DNA from: an uncultured Verrucomicrobiae bacterium
Lineage (GTDB): Bacteria; Verrucomicrobiota; Verrucomicrobiia; Limisphaerales; JAFGQR01
Assembly (NCBI GenBank): GCA_963788655.1
Contig: CAWBHS010000060.1
Coordinates: 1 to 64,000, forward strand
Direction of reading: 5' to 3'
Length of the DNA stretch: 64,000 nt
In this document: piece by piece, positions 39,301 to 52,240 of the stretch
Layout of the letters: each line of letters starts with the position of its first letter
How positions within the stretch are numbered: the first letter of the stretch is position 1
The notes under the pieces: generated by a model
Databases searched by the model: none
What the model was told of the DNA's origin: nothing
Seen by the model: the letters and a program-made list of their open reading frames with translations, nothing else
Position numbers and translations under genes: made by a program

Positions 39301-42300
39301 ATCTCGGCACGGATCCGAACTCGTATATCAATGCCGGCATTTATAAAACGTCCAATGTGAGCGAGAACGATTGGTCGGATATGTTTGCGCTGACCTTTGC
39401 GCTGGACCCGGCCACCACGCCCGCCAATGCCTACGTGCAGGCCGTGCGGCAGAATGCCAACGTCGAAATGTGGATGCGGTATTTCGCCGTGTTGTCGCTG
39501 ATGGAGTACAGCGAAACCGCCCTGGGGACCGGATACGGCGACGACTTTGCACTCTATCGCGGCGTGCTTGATCCGCGGTTCGTCATCGTTTCGCACGACT
39601 ATGACACGATCTTTGGCGAAGGCGACACCAGCGGCAATGTCAATGAGAACATCTTTATCGCCGACCGCCTGCCGATTGTGGACCGGTTTCTGCACAACGC
39701 GGAGTTCGAACCGATTTATTATGCGGAATTGCGGCACCAGCTCGAGACTGCCTTCTCGACCGACAGCCTGGATTCGATGTTCGACGAGTTTCTGGCAGAC
39801 TGGATTCCCGCCTCGGTGGTCGCCCGGATGAAGAGTTTCGTCGCCGCCCGCAACGCTTACGTGTTGAGCCAATTGCCTGCTGCGCCGGTTGTGATTCAGG
39901 CTACCCTCAGCGGCGAACCGCCCGCGGCCACTTACCTGACAAGCGCCACGTTGACCGTCGGCGGCCCGAATATCACCCATTACCGGTATCGCTTGAACAA
40001 CGGCGCGTTTGGGCCGGAAACTCCGGTCGGCACTCCGATCCAATTGAGCGGATTGACGGATGGTTTATACACGGTCTATGTCATCGGTCGGAATGCCGCG
40101 GGCACCTGGCAATCGACCGCGGCCCCGACGATTTCCAAGACCTGGACCGTCCTGTCCGGACGAGCGGGCGTGGTGATCAACGAAGTGCTGGCTCGCAATG
40201 ACAGCGCGGTGGACCACGAGGGGACGTTCCCGGACATGATCGAGCTGTTCAATGCCGGCAGTGCGACGGCCAATTTGGAGGGATTGCGGCTGACGGACGA
40301 TTTGAACCAGCCCAACAAATTTACATTTCCCGCCGGGACTGCTTTGGACAGCGGCAATTATCTCGTGCTTTATGCCAACAGTTCCGACGGCACGCCGGGT
40401 TTGCATCTGGGCTTTGCGCTCAATCAGGACGGGGAAACACTCTACTTTCTCGACACCGCCGCTCACGGCGAGCGGGTGCTGGATTCGGTCGAGTTCGGAT
40501 TGCAATTGCCGGACCTTTCGATCGGTCGCTTGGGCACGGGTCAGTGGGGCTTATGTTCTCCAACATTCGGCAGTGCCAACAGCGCCACCGCCACGGGTAG
40601 CGCCGAGTACGCTCAAAATCAACGAGTGGCTGGCGAATGCCGGCCCTACCTGGATTGATGACTTCGTGGAACTTTTCAATCCCGATCCCGAACCAGTGGC
40701 CCTGGACGGTTTGTATTTAACCGACCAACCGTGGGGTCTGCCGTTTCAACAGCCCATCACGCCGTTGAGTTTTATTGCCGGCTACGGTTACCGGTCGTTT
40801 GTTGCGGACGGCAACACCAGCGCGGGGGCGGATCATGTTAATTTTCGGCTCGCCCAGGAATTGGGTGAGATCGGTTTGCTGGCGACCGACGGAACGCTCA
40901 TCGACTACGTCAGCTACGGCTTGCAGAATCCGGACATCTCCCAAGGGCGTTCGCCGAACGGCGGCGATCAGATTGCGTTCTTCACGCAGCCCACTCCGGG
41001 CGCGGGTAACCCGGTGGTCCCCGGCACCGTTCCGCCGCTCGTCTCACCCCTCATCCCGCTCGATGGCACGTTTCAATGGAAATACAACGATACCGGAACC
41101 GACTTGGGAACCGCTTGGCGAAGTCCAAGTTACAACGACGCCTCGTGGTCCAGCGGCCCCGGGATGCTGGGTTCCTCTCGCGGCGTGAGCATCAGCGAAC
41201 CGCTGCGCACGTCATTGAGTTCCGCCAGCGGCAAGAGTGCGTTCTATTTTCGCTGCCGATTCAACTACGACACCAACCTCGAGGTCTCGACGATCCAACT
41301 GTCCCATCTGATCGACGATGGCGCGGTGTTTTATTTAAACGGGGTCGAGGTGTATCGCTACAACATGCCGTCGGGCACCATCAGTTACTCCACCCCCTCG
41401 GCCAACAACATCCTGGATGCGACGTTTGAAGGGCCGGTCGAGATTCCGCTCAACGATTTCCAACCCGGTGAAAATGTCATGGCCGTGGAGGTCCACAACA
41501 GCAACACCGGCAGCCCGGATATGTATTTGGCGGTGAAATTGGATGCCGTCATCGTCACCAACAATCCCGCCGCCGCCGGGGTGTTGATCACCGAAGTGAT
41601 GGCCAATAACCGTAGCGTAACGAACGGCGACGGTACCATCACCGATTGGATCGAATTGTATAATCCCTCCAGCAGCGCGGTGGATCTGGGCGGCATGAGT
41701 CTCTCGGATCAATTGACGCTACCGCAACGCTGGGTGTTCCCCAGTGGCTCGATCATTGCCGGTCGCGGCTATTATACGGTGGCGCTGGATGGCGGTACCG
41801 CGGCTTCCGCAAGCAACACCGGCTTTGGCTTGAAGGAGACCGGTGACGCCATTTACCTGTTCGACCAAGCCTCCGCCGGCGGCGCGTTGCTGGACGGCTT
41901 GACCTTCGGCATCCAGGCGCCCGACCTGTCGCTGGGACGCGTCCCATTGACCTCGACCAACTGGGTGTTGACCCTGCCCACGATGGGCACGACGAACCTG
42001 GCCGCGACGTTGGGCGATCTCGGTTCACTCAAGGTCAACGAATGGATGGCCAGTCCGTTGAGCGGCAATGATTGGTTTGAGATTTATAATCCCAATCCGC
42101 AACCGGTCGAGCTCAGCGGCCTGCACCTGACGGACGACCTGAACAACCGTTTGCAGCACACGATTGCCGCCCGCTCCTTCATTGCCGCCGGTCTGGAGGG
42201 CTTTCAAGTGTTCATCGCGGACAGCGACCTTTCCGCCGGCGCCGATCACGTGAATTTTCATCTCGCCGCCAGCGGAGAATCCATCGGCATCGCCACCGCC

Positions 42301-43860
42301 ACGGGCGATTTGATCGATGCCGTGACGTTCGGCCCGCAGGCGGAAGGCGTTTCCGAGGGACGTCTTCCCGACGGCAGTGCCACCATGACGGTGTTCCCGG
42401 TTACGGCGACGCCCGGCAAGAGCAACTACCTGCCAATTAATGATGTGGTGATCAATGAAGTGCTCACGCACAGCGATCCCCCACTGGAAGACGCCATCGA
42501 GTTGCACAATGTCACCGCGAACGCCATCGACATCAGTGGCTGGTATCTGAGCGATGCCCGGACGTTCCCGAAGAAATTTCGCATCCCGGACAACACGATC
42601 CTCGCGGGCAATGGCTACGTGGTTTTTTATGAATACCAGTTCAATGCGGTGCCCGGTGATCCGGCCAGCTTTGCCTTGAGCTCCGCAAAAGGAGACGAAG
42701 TATATTTATCGGCAACCGGCGCCGGCGGTAACCTGACCGGCTACCGTGAAGTGGAGAATTTCGGGCCGGCGCAAAACGGTGTCTCTTTTGGCCGGTATGC
42801 AACGAGCGTCGATACTCAGTTTGTCCCGATGAGTCAGCGCACGTTCGGAGTGGACCAACCGGAAACGCTGGCCGATTTCCGCACCGGAACCGGCGCACCC
42901 AATGCCGATCCCAACGTTGGCCCGGTGGTAATCAGCGAAATCATGTACCATCCGCCGGACTTGGGCAGCACCAATGACAACACCCGCGACGAGTTCATTG
43001 AACTGCAAAACATCGGGGCCACGTCGGTGCCGTTGTTTGATCCGGCCCATCCCACCAACACCTGGCGGTTGCGGGGGGCAGTGAAGTTTGATTTCCCGCC
43101 CGATATCACCCTGCCGCCGGGCGAGACTGTGTTGATCGTCGGTTTCGATCCCGTCGCTGATGCGGGCTCGCTGACGGCCTTTCAAACCGCTTACGGTCTT
43201 TCGAATGGCGGCACCATCTTCGGCCCGTTCAGTGGCAAGCTGGCCAACAGCAGCGACCGAATTGAGCTCCAGCAGCCGGACACTCCGCAGGCTCCGGGCA
43301 CCGCCGATGCCGGACTGGTTCCCTATTTCCTGGTGGAACAAGTGGCCTACAGCGATACGTTCCCATGGCCGGCACAGGCAGATGGCACGGGCCTTTCCTT
43401 GCAGCGGATCACTGTGGCGGAGTTTGGCAATGATCCGGCCAACTGGCAGGCGGACACGCCCACGCCGGGACCTTTGCCCGCTTTGGTGGATACCGACCAC
43501 GACGGCATGCCGGATACCTGGGAAAATGACCACGGACTCAGCCCCACCGATCCCTCCGATGCCAACACGGATCTCGATCATGATGGCGCCACGAATCTTC
43601 AGGAATACCTGGCCGGTACGGATCCCACGGATCCGCAGAGCGTCTTTCGTCTCAATCTGGTTCCGGGGGCAACTCTCACCCTTCACTTCACTGCGGAGCC
43701 TAACAAGGCTTACACCATCGAGTATCGCGACGGCCTGGACGCAAGTTCACCTTGGCAGGTATTGACCAACATTGAAGCGTCCGCATCCCAGCAAGTCATC
43801 CAAATACCGGATGTCCCCGGCAGCGCGAGTCGGTTCTACCGTTTGAGCACACCGCAGTAA
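36345..43860 (+). CDS. Giant secreted protein with Ig-like, multiple lamin-tail and CotH kinase domains (one frameshift near 40600)
   Basis: Repeated VINE..Y...E.IEL.N lamin-tail motifs; IRYRGAGSR...HDYD CotH region; C-terminal DTDHDGMPDTWE...RFYRL. Confidence 0.85.
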
Positions 43861-44033
43861 TCTCCGTTGACCAATTGGCAGAAAGAAAAGGAAGAGGACA
43901 GTGAAAAGGATGACGAAGAGTCCACCCTTCCTCCTCGTAGCCGATTGAATCCGGCGTGCTTTGGACTTGAAATGGGAGCAGGAATCAGCGATGGGCTATC
44001 CACGTTCGTGAACTACTGAAGTGGAACTGCATC

Positions 44034-44777
44034 ATGAAAACTGTCCATCCCAATCCCCTGTTTGCCATAAAAATCCAATCGCTTATTGCCCTGACGTTGA
44101 TTGCTGGACTGGTCGCCGGCACCGGTTGGCACGCTAAAGGTCAACCCACTAAGGCCGAAGCCTGGACTGAAACGCTCGTTTGCTTGCAGGAGCCGTTCAT
44201 CAATGTTGGGCGCAATGATTACTTCATTTTGGAGCCTGGTTACCAATTGATGTTCGCCGGCGAGGAGGACGGCAAGCCGGCGAAATTGATCATCACCGTG
44301 CTCGACGAAACCCAGGAGATCGATGGGATCGCGACACGTATTGTCGAAGAACGCGAAACGGTCGGCGGCAAGCTCGTCGAAGTCTCGCGCAACTTCTTCG
44401 CCCTCGGCGCCAAGACGAAAAACGCCTATTACTTCGGCGAAGACGTGGACGTTTACCAGGGGGACAAGGTCGTGCATGAAGGCGCCTGGCGAGCCGGCAC
44501 CGGCGGCGCCAAATACGGCGTCTTGATGCCCGGCACGATCAAGTTGGGCGACCGCTATTACCAGGAGAAAGCGCCGGGCGTGGCCATGGACCGAGCGGAA
44601 AATGTCTCCACGAATCAAACGATCAAAACGCCGGTTGGAAGTGTCAAGAACTGCCTCAAAACCAAGGAAACGACGCCGTTGGAATCAGGTGTCGAATATA
44701 AGTACTACGCCCCGGGCATCGGCTTGATTCAAGACGGCGATTTGAAACTTGTGAGACACGGGCTGCTGAAGCAATAA
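44034..44777 (+). CDS. Conserved hypothetical secreted protein
   Basis: 247 aa with signal peptide; YYFGEDVD, WRAG, YYQE, KYYAPGIG. Confidence 0.75.
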   Translation: MKTVHPNPLFAIKIQSLIALTLIAGLVAGTGWHAKGQPTKAEAWTETLVCLQEPFINVGRNDYFILEPGYQLMFAGEEDGKPAKLIITVLDETQEIDGIATRIVEERETVGGKLVEVSRNFFALGAKTKNAYYFGEDVDVYQGDKVVHEGAWRAGTGGAKYGVLMPGTIKLGDRYYQEKAPGVAMDRAENVSTNQTIKTPVGSVKNCLKTKETTPLESGVEYKYYAPGIGLIQDGDLKLVRHGLLKQ

Positions 44778-44792
44778 CTTCCCCAGACTCCC

Positions 44793-44907
44793 GTAGGACA
44801 ACCGTCCCGGCTGTCCCACGTTACACCGCCCGTTCGTTGCGTGCGCAAAGATCGCGGAACAATCGAATATCCGCTTGGCATTCGGGACAGGCGGGACACT
44901 GTCCTAC
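44793..44907. repeat. REP-like inverted repeat, family E
   Basis: GTAGGACAACCGTCCCGGCTGTCC ... GGACAGGCGGGACACTGTCCTAC; half copies at ~50938 and ~54057. Confidence 0.8.
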
Positions 44908-44983
44908 TTATCATGGTGGCGCGTCCGATTTGGCTGATCCGGCGGATTGACTTTCTGCCGCGGCAGTCTAGGATAGCGCCCGG

Positions 44984-45190
44984 ATGAAAGTGCTAATTCT
45001 TTTCATCGTTTGGTGCATGCTGCTGATCCTGTGCTGGCCGCTGGCCGTGCTGGCGCTGCTTGTATTTCCCTTGGTCTGGTTGGTCCTGCTACCGTTCCGC
45101 CTCATTGGCATGATCGTCGAGGCCATCTTTGCGCTGATCAAGGCGGTGCTGTTTCTCCCCGCGCGCTTGCTGGGATTCAAACGGAACTGA
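44984..45190 (+). CDS. Small hydrophobic membrane protein
   Basis: 68 aa, LILCWPLAVLALLVFPLVWLVLLPFRLIG. Confidence 0.7.
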   Translation: MKVLILFIVWCMLLILCWPLAVLALLVFPLVWLVLLPFRLIGMIVEAIFALIKAVLFLPARLLGFKRN

Positions 45191-45266
45191 TCGGTTTCGC
45201 AATACCTCCCGGCTGACTTCACCATCGCACTCGACAAAAGGTGGTCTGCTTGCGACAACAAGGTCC

Positions 45267-48200
45267 ATGAAACCTCTCGTTTGCCGCTCGGTCTGGACGC
45301 TTGGAGCTTTCAGCGCCCTTCTGCTGTTTGCTGGGTATGCAACGCTAACCGCCGCCCCCTTCGATGCGGCTCCGTTTGGTCTGCCGCTCCCTGAACGCAA
45401 TGGCGTGAAATGGGAGGATCCCCGTGAACTCCATCGAGTCGTTGTGCATTTCAAGGGAATTCCGCCGCCGGCCGACCAGGTGCAGCTCGAATACTGGGGC
45501 AGTTGGTGGCCCGGCCGGCACTTGCCCAAAGACCGTGAACCTGGTGGTGGTGCCAATGGCTGGCTGGAACTGGGCAACTGGTGGCAATACGACTGGCGCA
45601 CCGCCGACACGGAAGCCCGCGTCGAAGGCAAGGCGATCACATTCACCTTTCCGACCGGTCAATGCCAAGGAATTTCCGAAAGCGAAGAACTATCCGGTCC
45701 CATTCCGATTTACCTTGAAAGTGCGCGTGACCGGAAAGGCTTCTTTGCCGGGCCTCGAACGAATTGAAGCTTTCACCGATTCCACGACCGAGCCGCGTGC
45801 CTTCCGACTGGCTTGGAACGAAGGAGCGCCGTGCGGCGTGGTTGAAGTGTTCAACGGCCGGCTTGTCAGTGCGGAATCCGTGACTCCCGCCAGCGGGCGG
45901 TTCAGTTTGGAAGCGGTGGTGAACCCCGATCCCAACACCTTTGATCGCACGTTGGTCACCGTGGAGCGGGACGGCAAACGTTTTACTTTTCGCTTTGATG
46001 ATTTGGCGCAAGGCCCGTTGTTGGTGCCGCACGTCGGCGTGGCGGTGTTGCCGGAGAACGATACTCGCGATTACGTCGCCCTCGCCGCGGAACAAAAAGC
46101 GCGCGGTGCCAAAACCCTTTACGACCGGGTGGCAGAAATGCCGGAGCAAACGTGGAAAGCCGCGTGGGAAGGCATGCCGCCCAAGAAATCGCGCATCTAC
46201 TTTCCGATGGGACTGGACGGTGGCCGGCAGCGGTTTCGGTTGCACGCCAATGGCAGCATCGATTTCCGTTCCAACGACCATTACTTGCGGAATCTGCCGG
46301 GCCAGGACACGCCGCGTCTCGACCTCGAAAAGGCCGGTGTTAAGTTCGAGTTTGGTTTGCCGGATCAACCAGTCCATCGCACCCTCCAGGAAGAGAGCCT
46401 CCCGATCTGCATCACGATTTGGGGCACGGAGGGAGTTCAGGTGAAGCAGACCGCTTTCGTCACGCCGCTTGCCGGAGCCGACGCCGACGGTGCCGCGCCG
46501 GCAGGCGATACCTTTGCCGTGTGGATGGCGCGCTTCTTCGTGACCAATGTCACGGATGTCGCCAAACCATTCACGTTTGCTCTGAAATATCGGACCGGCG
46601 GCCAGTCGCCCGCGCTGCAGGCCGATGCCGACGGTTTGCTCCGAGTCGGGGAACATCTTCGCGGCCAAGTTAAAGTGCAACCGCCAGCAGGGCAGGGGAC
46701 CACTCCACTCCCAATCTCGTTTGATCTCGAAGCTCACGCCTCACGAACCATCTTGCTCAAAATTCCCTACGTCATTCTGACCGAAGTGTCCGAGCGCGAG
46801 GCTCTGCAAAAACTTGATTTTGAAACCGAGCGTCGCGCCGTGGCCGGCTATTGGCGTCGTCGAATGAACCAAAGCGCCAACCTCATCACGCCCGAGCCGA
46901 TGCTCAACGAATTCTATCGCTCCGATGCCATGCATCTACTCGTGAATTGCGAGCGCGAGCCGAAGAGCGACCGCCGCTTCGCCCGCGTCGGGTCGTTCGG
47001 CTATGGTGCCTACGGCAATGAATCATGCATGATGGTGGTCGATCTCGAACGTCGCGGCTATCACCAGGAAGCGCAGGACTGCCTCGTTGCGTGGCTGCAC
47101 TACCAGGGGACCGTGGGATTGCCCGGCTCGTTCGCATCCAAGGACGGCGTGCTGTACGGCGCCGGTGGGTACGAAGCCGGCGGCTACAACCAGCATCACG
47201 GCTGGATTCTCTGGATGTTGGCCGAGCATTATCGGTTCACCCGTGACCGCGCCTGGCTTGAACGCGCGGCGCCGGGCATCGTCAAAGCCTGCGATTGGAT
47301 CATTCGCGAAACGGCGCGCACGGCCGACCGCCACCCGCTCGAACGCGGCCTCCTGCCCGCCGGCAGTCTCGAAGACATCGGCGACTGGTGGACGTGGCTT
47401 TCGACGAGTTGTTACACTTGGCGCGGATTGGACAATGCCGCCTGGGCCCTCGAACAAATTCAGCATCCCGACGCGCAACGCATCCGGCAAGCCGCCGACA
47501 CGTATCACCACGCGTTGATTGCCAATTTCACCCAGGCGATGGAACGTTCGCCCGTGGTGCGCCTGCGGGACGGCACGGCCATTCCGCAAGTTCCGTCGCA
47601 AGTTCATCGCCGCGGTCGCAGCTTCGGCTGGATTTGCCAAACGCTCGAAGGCGCGTTGCACCTGCTCATCACCCGGGCCATCGATCCGAAATCCGAACTG
47701 GGGACGTGGATTGTGAAGGATTACGAGGACAACCTGTATCTCTCGAACCAATACGGCTACACGCTCGATGACTTCGACCAATACTGGTTCAGCCGTGGCA
47801 GTATGAGCATGCAAGCCTGCCTTTTGCTAGACGTGGAACCGTATCTCTACCGCGACGAACCGAAGCATGCTCTGCGCGCGCTCTTCAACGGCGAAGCGGT
47901 AAGCTACTTTCCCGATGTGCGCCTTAATACCGAGCACGCCCTGCCGGAAATGGGCGACTGGCGCGGCGACCATTTCAAAAGCAGCGACGAATCGAATTGC
48001 GCCGGCTGGTTGCGCGACCTGTTTGTGCGAGAAGAAAATGACGACATGCTCTTCATCGGCCAGGCCATCCCGCGTGAATGGCTCGCACCGGGCCAACACT
48101 GCGGCCTCGAAAAGACCTCCACCTGGTTCGGCCCGGTGAGCGTTCTCTACACCGGCGGCGATCGGGAAATTCTCTGCCAATTCAAAGGCCCGACCCGCAA

Positions 48201-48354
48201 CCCGCCCAAGGAAATCCGGCTGCGCTTCCGACACTCCCAAGGCAAGCGCCTTACCGGGGTCATGGTGAACGGGAAGCCATGGACAAAGTTCGATGGCGAA
48301 TGGATAACTCTGCCCGGCGACATCGGCATGGCCACGATCAGCGGACTATTTTAG
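45267..48354 (+). CDS. Large secreted protein with putative (alpha/alpha)6 glycoside hydrolase-like domain (frameshift near 45650)
   Basis: Signal peptide; GWILWMLAEHYRFTRDRAWL, GLLPAGSLED, GQAIPREWL, TWFGPVS. Confidence 0.7.
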
Positions 48355-48546
48355 GGCGCCGACAACCTGCAGCAACATGCCAATCGCTCGCTCGTGGACT
48401 ATAAACGATGCCGCCAGGGGCCGTATGCGGAGAAGGCGCCACCATACCATCCCACGAAGGCGGTTAATCCTCAGCCTTGCCCTTCACCCCGCCCCGCACA
48501 CCGCGAATGAACTGAAAGGCCCGCCCGCAAATTACAGCCAACTACT

Positions 48547-49932
48547 ATGACCCCGTCAGCACCGACTGCCCAACCCGCCCCCCCATCAGATAAACGCATT
48601 CTCGGCCATCCCCCGGGCTTGTTTATCCTGTTTTTCACGGAGATGTGGGAACGGTTTTCTTACTACGGCATGCGCGCCTTGTTGGTGCTGTACATGACGG
48701 ATTATTTGCTGATCAAACCGGAAGTGGGCGCGCACGTTATGGGCTACGACACCATCAAAGGGGGGCTCGAGTGGTTGTTCGGGCCGCTCGCCGTGCAACC
48801 GTTTGCTTCGCAGATTTACGGGTTGTACACCGGCTTTGTTTATTTCACACCGTTCTTCGGCGGGTTGCTGGCCGACCGCGTTTTTGGACAACGCAAAACG
48901 GTTGTGCTCGGGGCAATCCTCATGGCCATTGGTCATTTTTTGATGGCCTCGGAACGATTGTTTTTCCCGGCACTGCTGTTCCTGATCCTGGGCAATGGAT
49001 GTTTCAAGCCGAACATTGCCACGCAAGTTGGCGGTCTATATCCGCCGGGGGATCCGCGTCGCGACCGCGCCTTCACCATCTTTTACATGGGCGTGAACCT
49101 CGGCGCATTCTTCTCACCGTTGATCTGCGGCACCTTGGGCCAGAAAGTCGGCTGGCATTGGGGCTTCGCCGCGGCGGGAGTCGGGATGGTGGCTGGCTTG
49201 ATCATTTACCTGTGGGGCCAGCGCTATCTGGCGGCGGATCACCTGACGCTGATGAAGCGCGAACACATCAAGGAAGCGCCACTCACCCGGGAAGATTGGA
49301 AGAAGATCGGGGCGCTGGTGGTGCTCTGCGCGCTGAACATCGTCTTTTGGGGCGTCTATGAACAACAGGGTAACACCATGCAGCTCTGGGCGGATCGCCG
49401 CACCGATTGGCTGATTTTGGGGTGGGAACTGCCTTCGACTTGGTTCCAGGCCTTCAATCCGGCGATGATCTTCATCTTCGCACCGTTGCTGAATATACTC
49501 TGGGCCTGGCAAAACCGCCGTGGTAAAGAGCCCTCCAGCATCGCCAAAATGGCGCTTGGCTGCGCCATTCTCGGGATTTCGTTTTTTGTCATGGTGGCCG
49601 CGGCGAACGTCATTCCCGCCGGCCAGCGCGGCAGTGTCGGGTGGCTGCTGGGCGCCACGTTCATTTACACCATTGGCGAACTGTATCTGTCGCCCATTGG
49701 CTTGTCGCTGGTCACCAAGGTTGCCCCGGCGCGCATGGTGTCGATGCTGATGGGCATGTGGTATCTCTCGTCGTTCTTTGGCAACTATCTTTCCGGATTT
49801 GTCGGCACGTTTTACGAGAAAATGCCCAAGTCATTTTTCTTTGCCCTGTGTAGCGCGCTGGCCCTGACGGCAGGTTTGGCCATCTTCCTCATGAAGCGTC
49901 CGCTGAGCCGCGCCATGCACCGGGAAGTGTGA
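48547..49932 (+). CDS. POT family proton-dependent peptide transporter
   Basis: GHPPGLFILFFTEMWERFSYYGMRA, FYMGVNLG, GELYLSPIGLS. Confidence 0.95.
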   Translation: MTPSAPTAQPAPPSDKRILGHPPGLFILFFTEMWERFSYYGMRALLVLYMTDYLLIKPEVGAHVMGYDTIKGGLEWLFGPLAVQPFASQIYGLYTGFVYFTPFFGGLLADRVFGQRKTVVLGAILMAIGHFLMASERLFFPALLFLILGNGCFKPNIATQVGGLYPPGDPRRDRAFTIFYMGVNLGAFFSPLICGTLGQKVGWHWGFAAAGVGMVAGLIIYLWGQRYLAADHLTLMKREHIKEAPLTREDWKKIGALVVLCALNIVFWGVYEQQGNTMQLWADRRTDWLILGWELPSTWFQAFNPAMIFIFAPLLNILWAWQNRRGKEPSSIAKMALGCAILGISFFVMVAAANVIPAGQRGSVGWLLGATFIYTIGELYLSPIGLSLVTKVAPARMVSMLMGMWYLSSFFGNYLSGFVGTFYEKMPKSFFFALCSALALTAGLAIFLMKRPLSRAMHREV

Positions 49933-50132
49933 GGAGAATCCAAAGGCCGAAGGCCGAAATCCGAATCGATTTTGGGCTGAAAACGGACGGCTTGGCGTGA
50001 TTACGTATGGAAGACGCTGTTGGCCTTCGGCCTTTTCGCCGTTCCAATTTGTGCATTGCTTCGGCGGCTCGGCTGTGCATAGTTGCGGGCATGCTGATGT
50101 TCATCGTTTAAAACCCCAAACGCGACAGAGTT

Positions 50133-50750
50133 ATGCCTGCCAAGAAAAAATCTTCCCAAGCTCGAAGCACGAAGATTACTGCGGTGAAGGATGCCCAAGC
50201 ACTGCAAATCAAAATCACCCTGCTCGAAATGGAGCCGCCGGTGTGGCGACGCTTTCAAATTCGCAGCGACGCCACCCTGGCCGATCTGCGTTTGGCGGTG
50301 CAGATCATCATGGGCTGGGAAGACTCGCACCTGGACGAATTCCGGCTGGGCACCAAAAGCTATTCGGTGCCACGCGAGATGATGGAGATGGAGCTGGAAG
50401 ACCCGCCGGCCAACGATGCGCGAGTCGCGTTCTTGAACCGGGTGCTGCCCAAACCCGGCACCCCGTTTCATTACACCTACGACTTCGGCGACACTTGGGA
50501 ACATGAACTCGTCGTGGAACAGCTTCTCCCCCTCGAAGCCAAAGGTAAATACCCGCGCTGCCTCGAAGGCGCCCGGGCTTGTCCGCCCGAAGACAGCGGC
50601 GGCCCGTGGGGTTATGCCGACATGCTCGAAGTCCTGGCCGATCCCGACCACGAGGAACATGAGAGCACGGTGGAATGGCTGGGGGAAGCGTTTGATCCGG
50701 AAGCGTTTTCCTTGGCCAAGGTAAACCAAGAGCTCAAGCACTACTTCCCC
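50133..50750 (+). CDS. Plasmid pRiA4b ORF-3 family protein (natural stop not evident)
   Basis: QIKITLLEMEPPVWRR, MGWEDSHL, YTYDFGDTWEH, GARACPPEDSGG, FDPEAF. Confidence 0.88.
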
Positions 50751-51030
50751 TCGGCTTCCCAAGAAACGTTGACGTGCAATGTCCCTGGCTGGTGTTGCAG
50801 CAGGCTGCGGGACCAAGGTGAGCTAAACGATTCGAAAGCGGGAGCAAGCTCCGCGCACTCCAGGCGCTGGCGCGAATTATCGGCGTCTGCGGGGCATCGC
50901 TGGAAACGAAACTTCTGGACGGCCATTAACCATTCGAGACAGGCGGGACGCCGGTCCTACGCATGCATCGCCGTTCGCGTTGCCAACAAATTCGTTCTGG
51001 CTTTTCCGGTCCTCGTGCTAGACTGCCCGC

Positions 51031-52227
51031 ATGCCCGTCATCGAGCGCACCATTCAGGTCAGTTTTCGGCACCAGGTGCATTTCACGGAGAACGTGTTTG
51101 CGCCGGACAATCCGTTGCTGAAACAAGTGCTGTGCGCCGATCCGGCCTAAAGTCCCCACCGGTTATTGGTGGTAATGGACGAAGCGTTGCTCCGGGCGCA
51201 ACCCGGCTTAACGGCAGGCATCGAAAGCTATGTCGCCAGTTTTCCAAACGAGCTCCAACTCGTGGCGCCACCGCTGGTGATCGAGGGCGGCGAGCGCACG
51301 AAGAATTCCTATTTCCACGTCTCCGAAGTCCAATCGCAAATCGACCGCTACCACATCGACCGGCATGCGTACGTGCTGTGCGTGGGCGGCGGCGCGTTAC
51401 TGGACATGGTGGGGTTGGCGGCGGCGACCGCCCATCGCGGGGTGCGGCACGTGCGGTTGCCCAGCACGACGCTCAGCCAGGCCGACTCCGGGGTGGGCGT
51501 AAAGAACGGGATCAACGCCTTCGGCAAAAAGAATTTCATCGGCACGTTTGCGCCGCCCTTTGCGGTCATCAACGATTTTCAACTGCTGACCTCACTTTCC
51601 CCGCGCGACCAACGCGGCGGCTACGTGGAAGCGATCAAGGTGGCGTTGATCCGCGACCAGGAATTCTTCGCGGCGTTGGAGCGCGATGCCGTCAAGCTGC
51701 GGGCGTTCGATCCGCTGGCGATGCAACGCCTGATTTACCGTTGCGCGGAATTGCACGTAAACCACATCGCAACTTCCGGCGATCCCTTCGAGTTTGGTTC
51801 CGCCCGCCCGCTCGATTTCGGCCATTGGTCCGCGCACAAACTCGAACAACTTTCCGAATACCGCTTGCGCCACGGAGAGGCGGTGGCCATTGGCATCGCC
51901 CTGGACGTCATTTATTCGCGTCGCGCTGGATTTCTCAAGGACGCCGAGGCGGAGCGCATTTTGGCTTTGCTGGAGGCCTTGGAGTTCAAGCTCTTTGCCA
52001 ACGAACTGACTCATGTGGATTCCGAAGGTCAATTGATGGTGCTGCGCGGCCTCGAAGAATTTCGCGAACACCTGGGCGGCGAGTTGACGCTGACGATGCT
52101 CAAGGAAATCGGGAAAGGCTTCGAAGTCCACACCGTCAAGGTGCCGCAAATGATCGCCGCGATTGAGGAACTGGCCCAGCGCGCTGCTCATGAGGAACGA
52201 TGCCGGACCGAAATTTCCGCGCCGTGA
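51031..52227 (+). CDS. 3-dehydroquinate synthase homolog (EboD-like sugar-phosphate cyclase); in-frame TAA at 51148-51150
   Basis: GGERTKN, HIDRHAY, GGGALLD, PSTTLSQADSGVGVKNG, DPFEFGSARPLDFGHWSAHKLE, GLEEFREHLGG. Confidence 0.85.
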
Positions 52228-52240
52228 AAACGTTTCGCGC

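Noticed and set aside
38304..40043. 579-aa minus-strand ORF and similar long antisense ORFs
   Set aside because: Shadow ORFs of GC-rich coding genes
50133..52166. 677-aa pRiA4b fusion protein
   Set aside because: After ~205 aa it reads through REP DNA and overlaps the eboD-like gene out of frame with implausible composition
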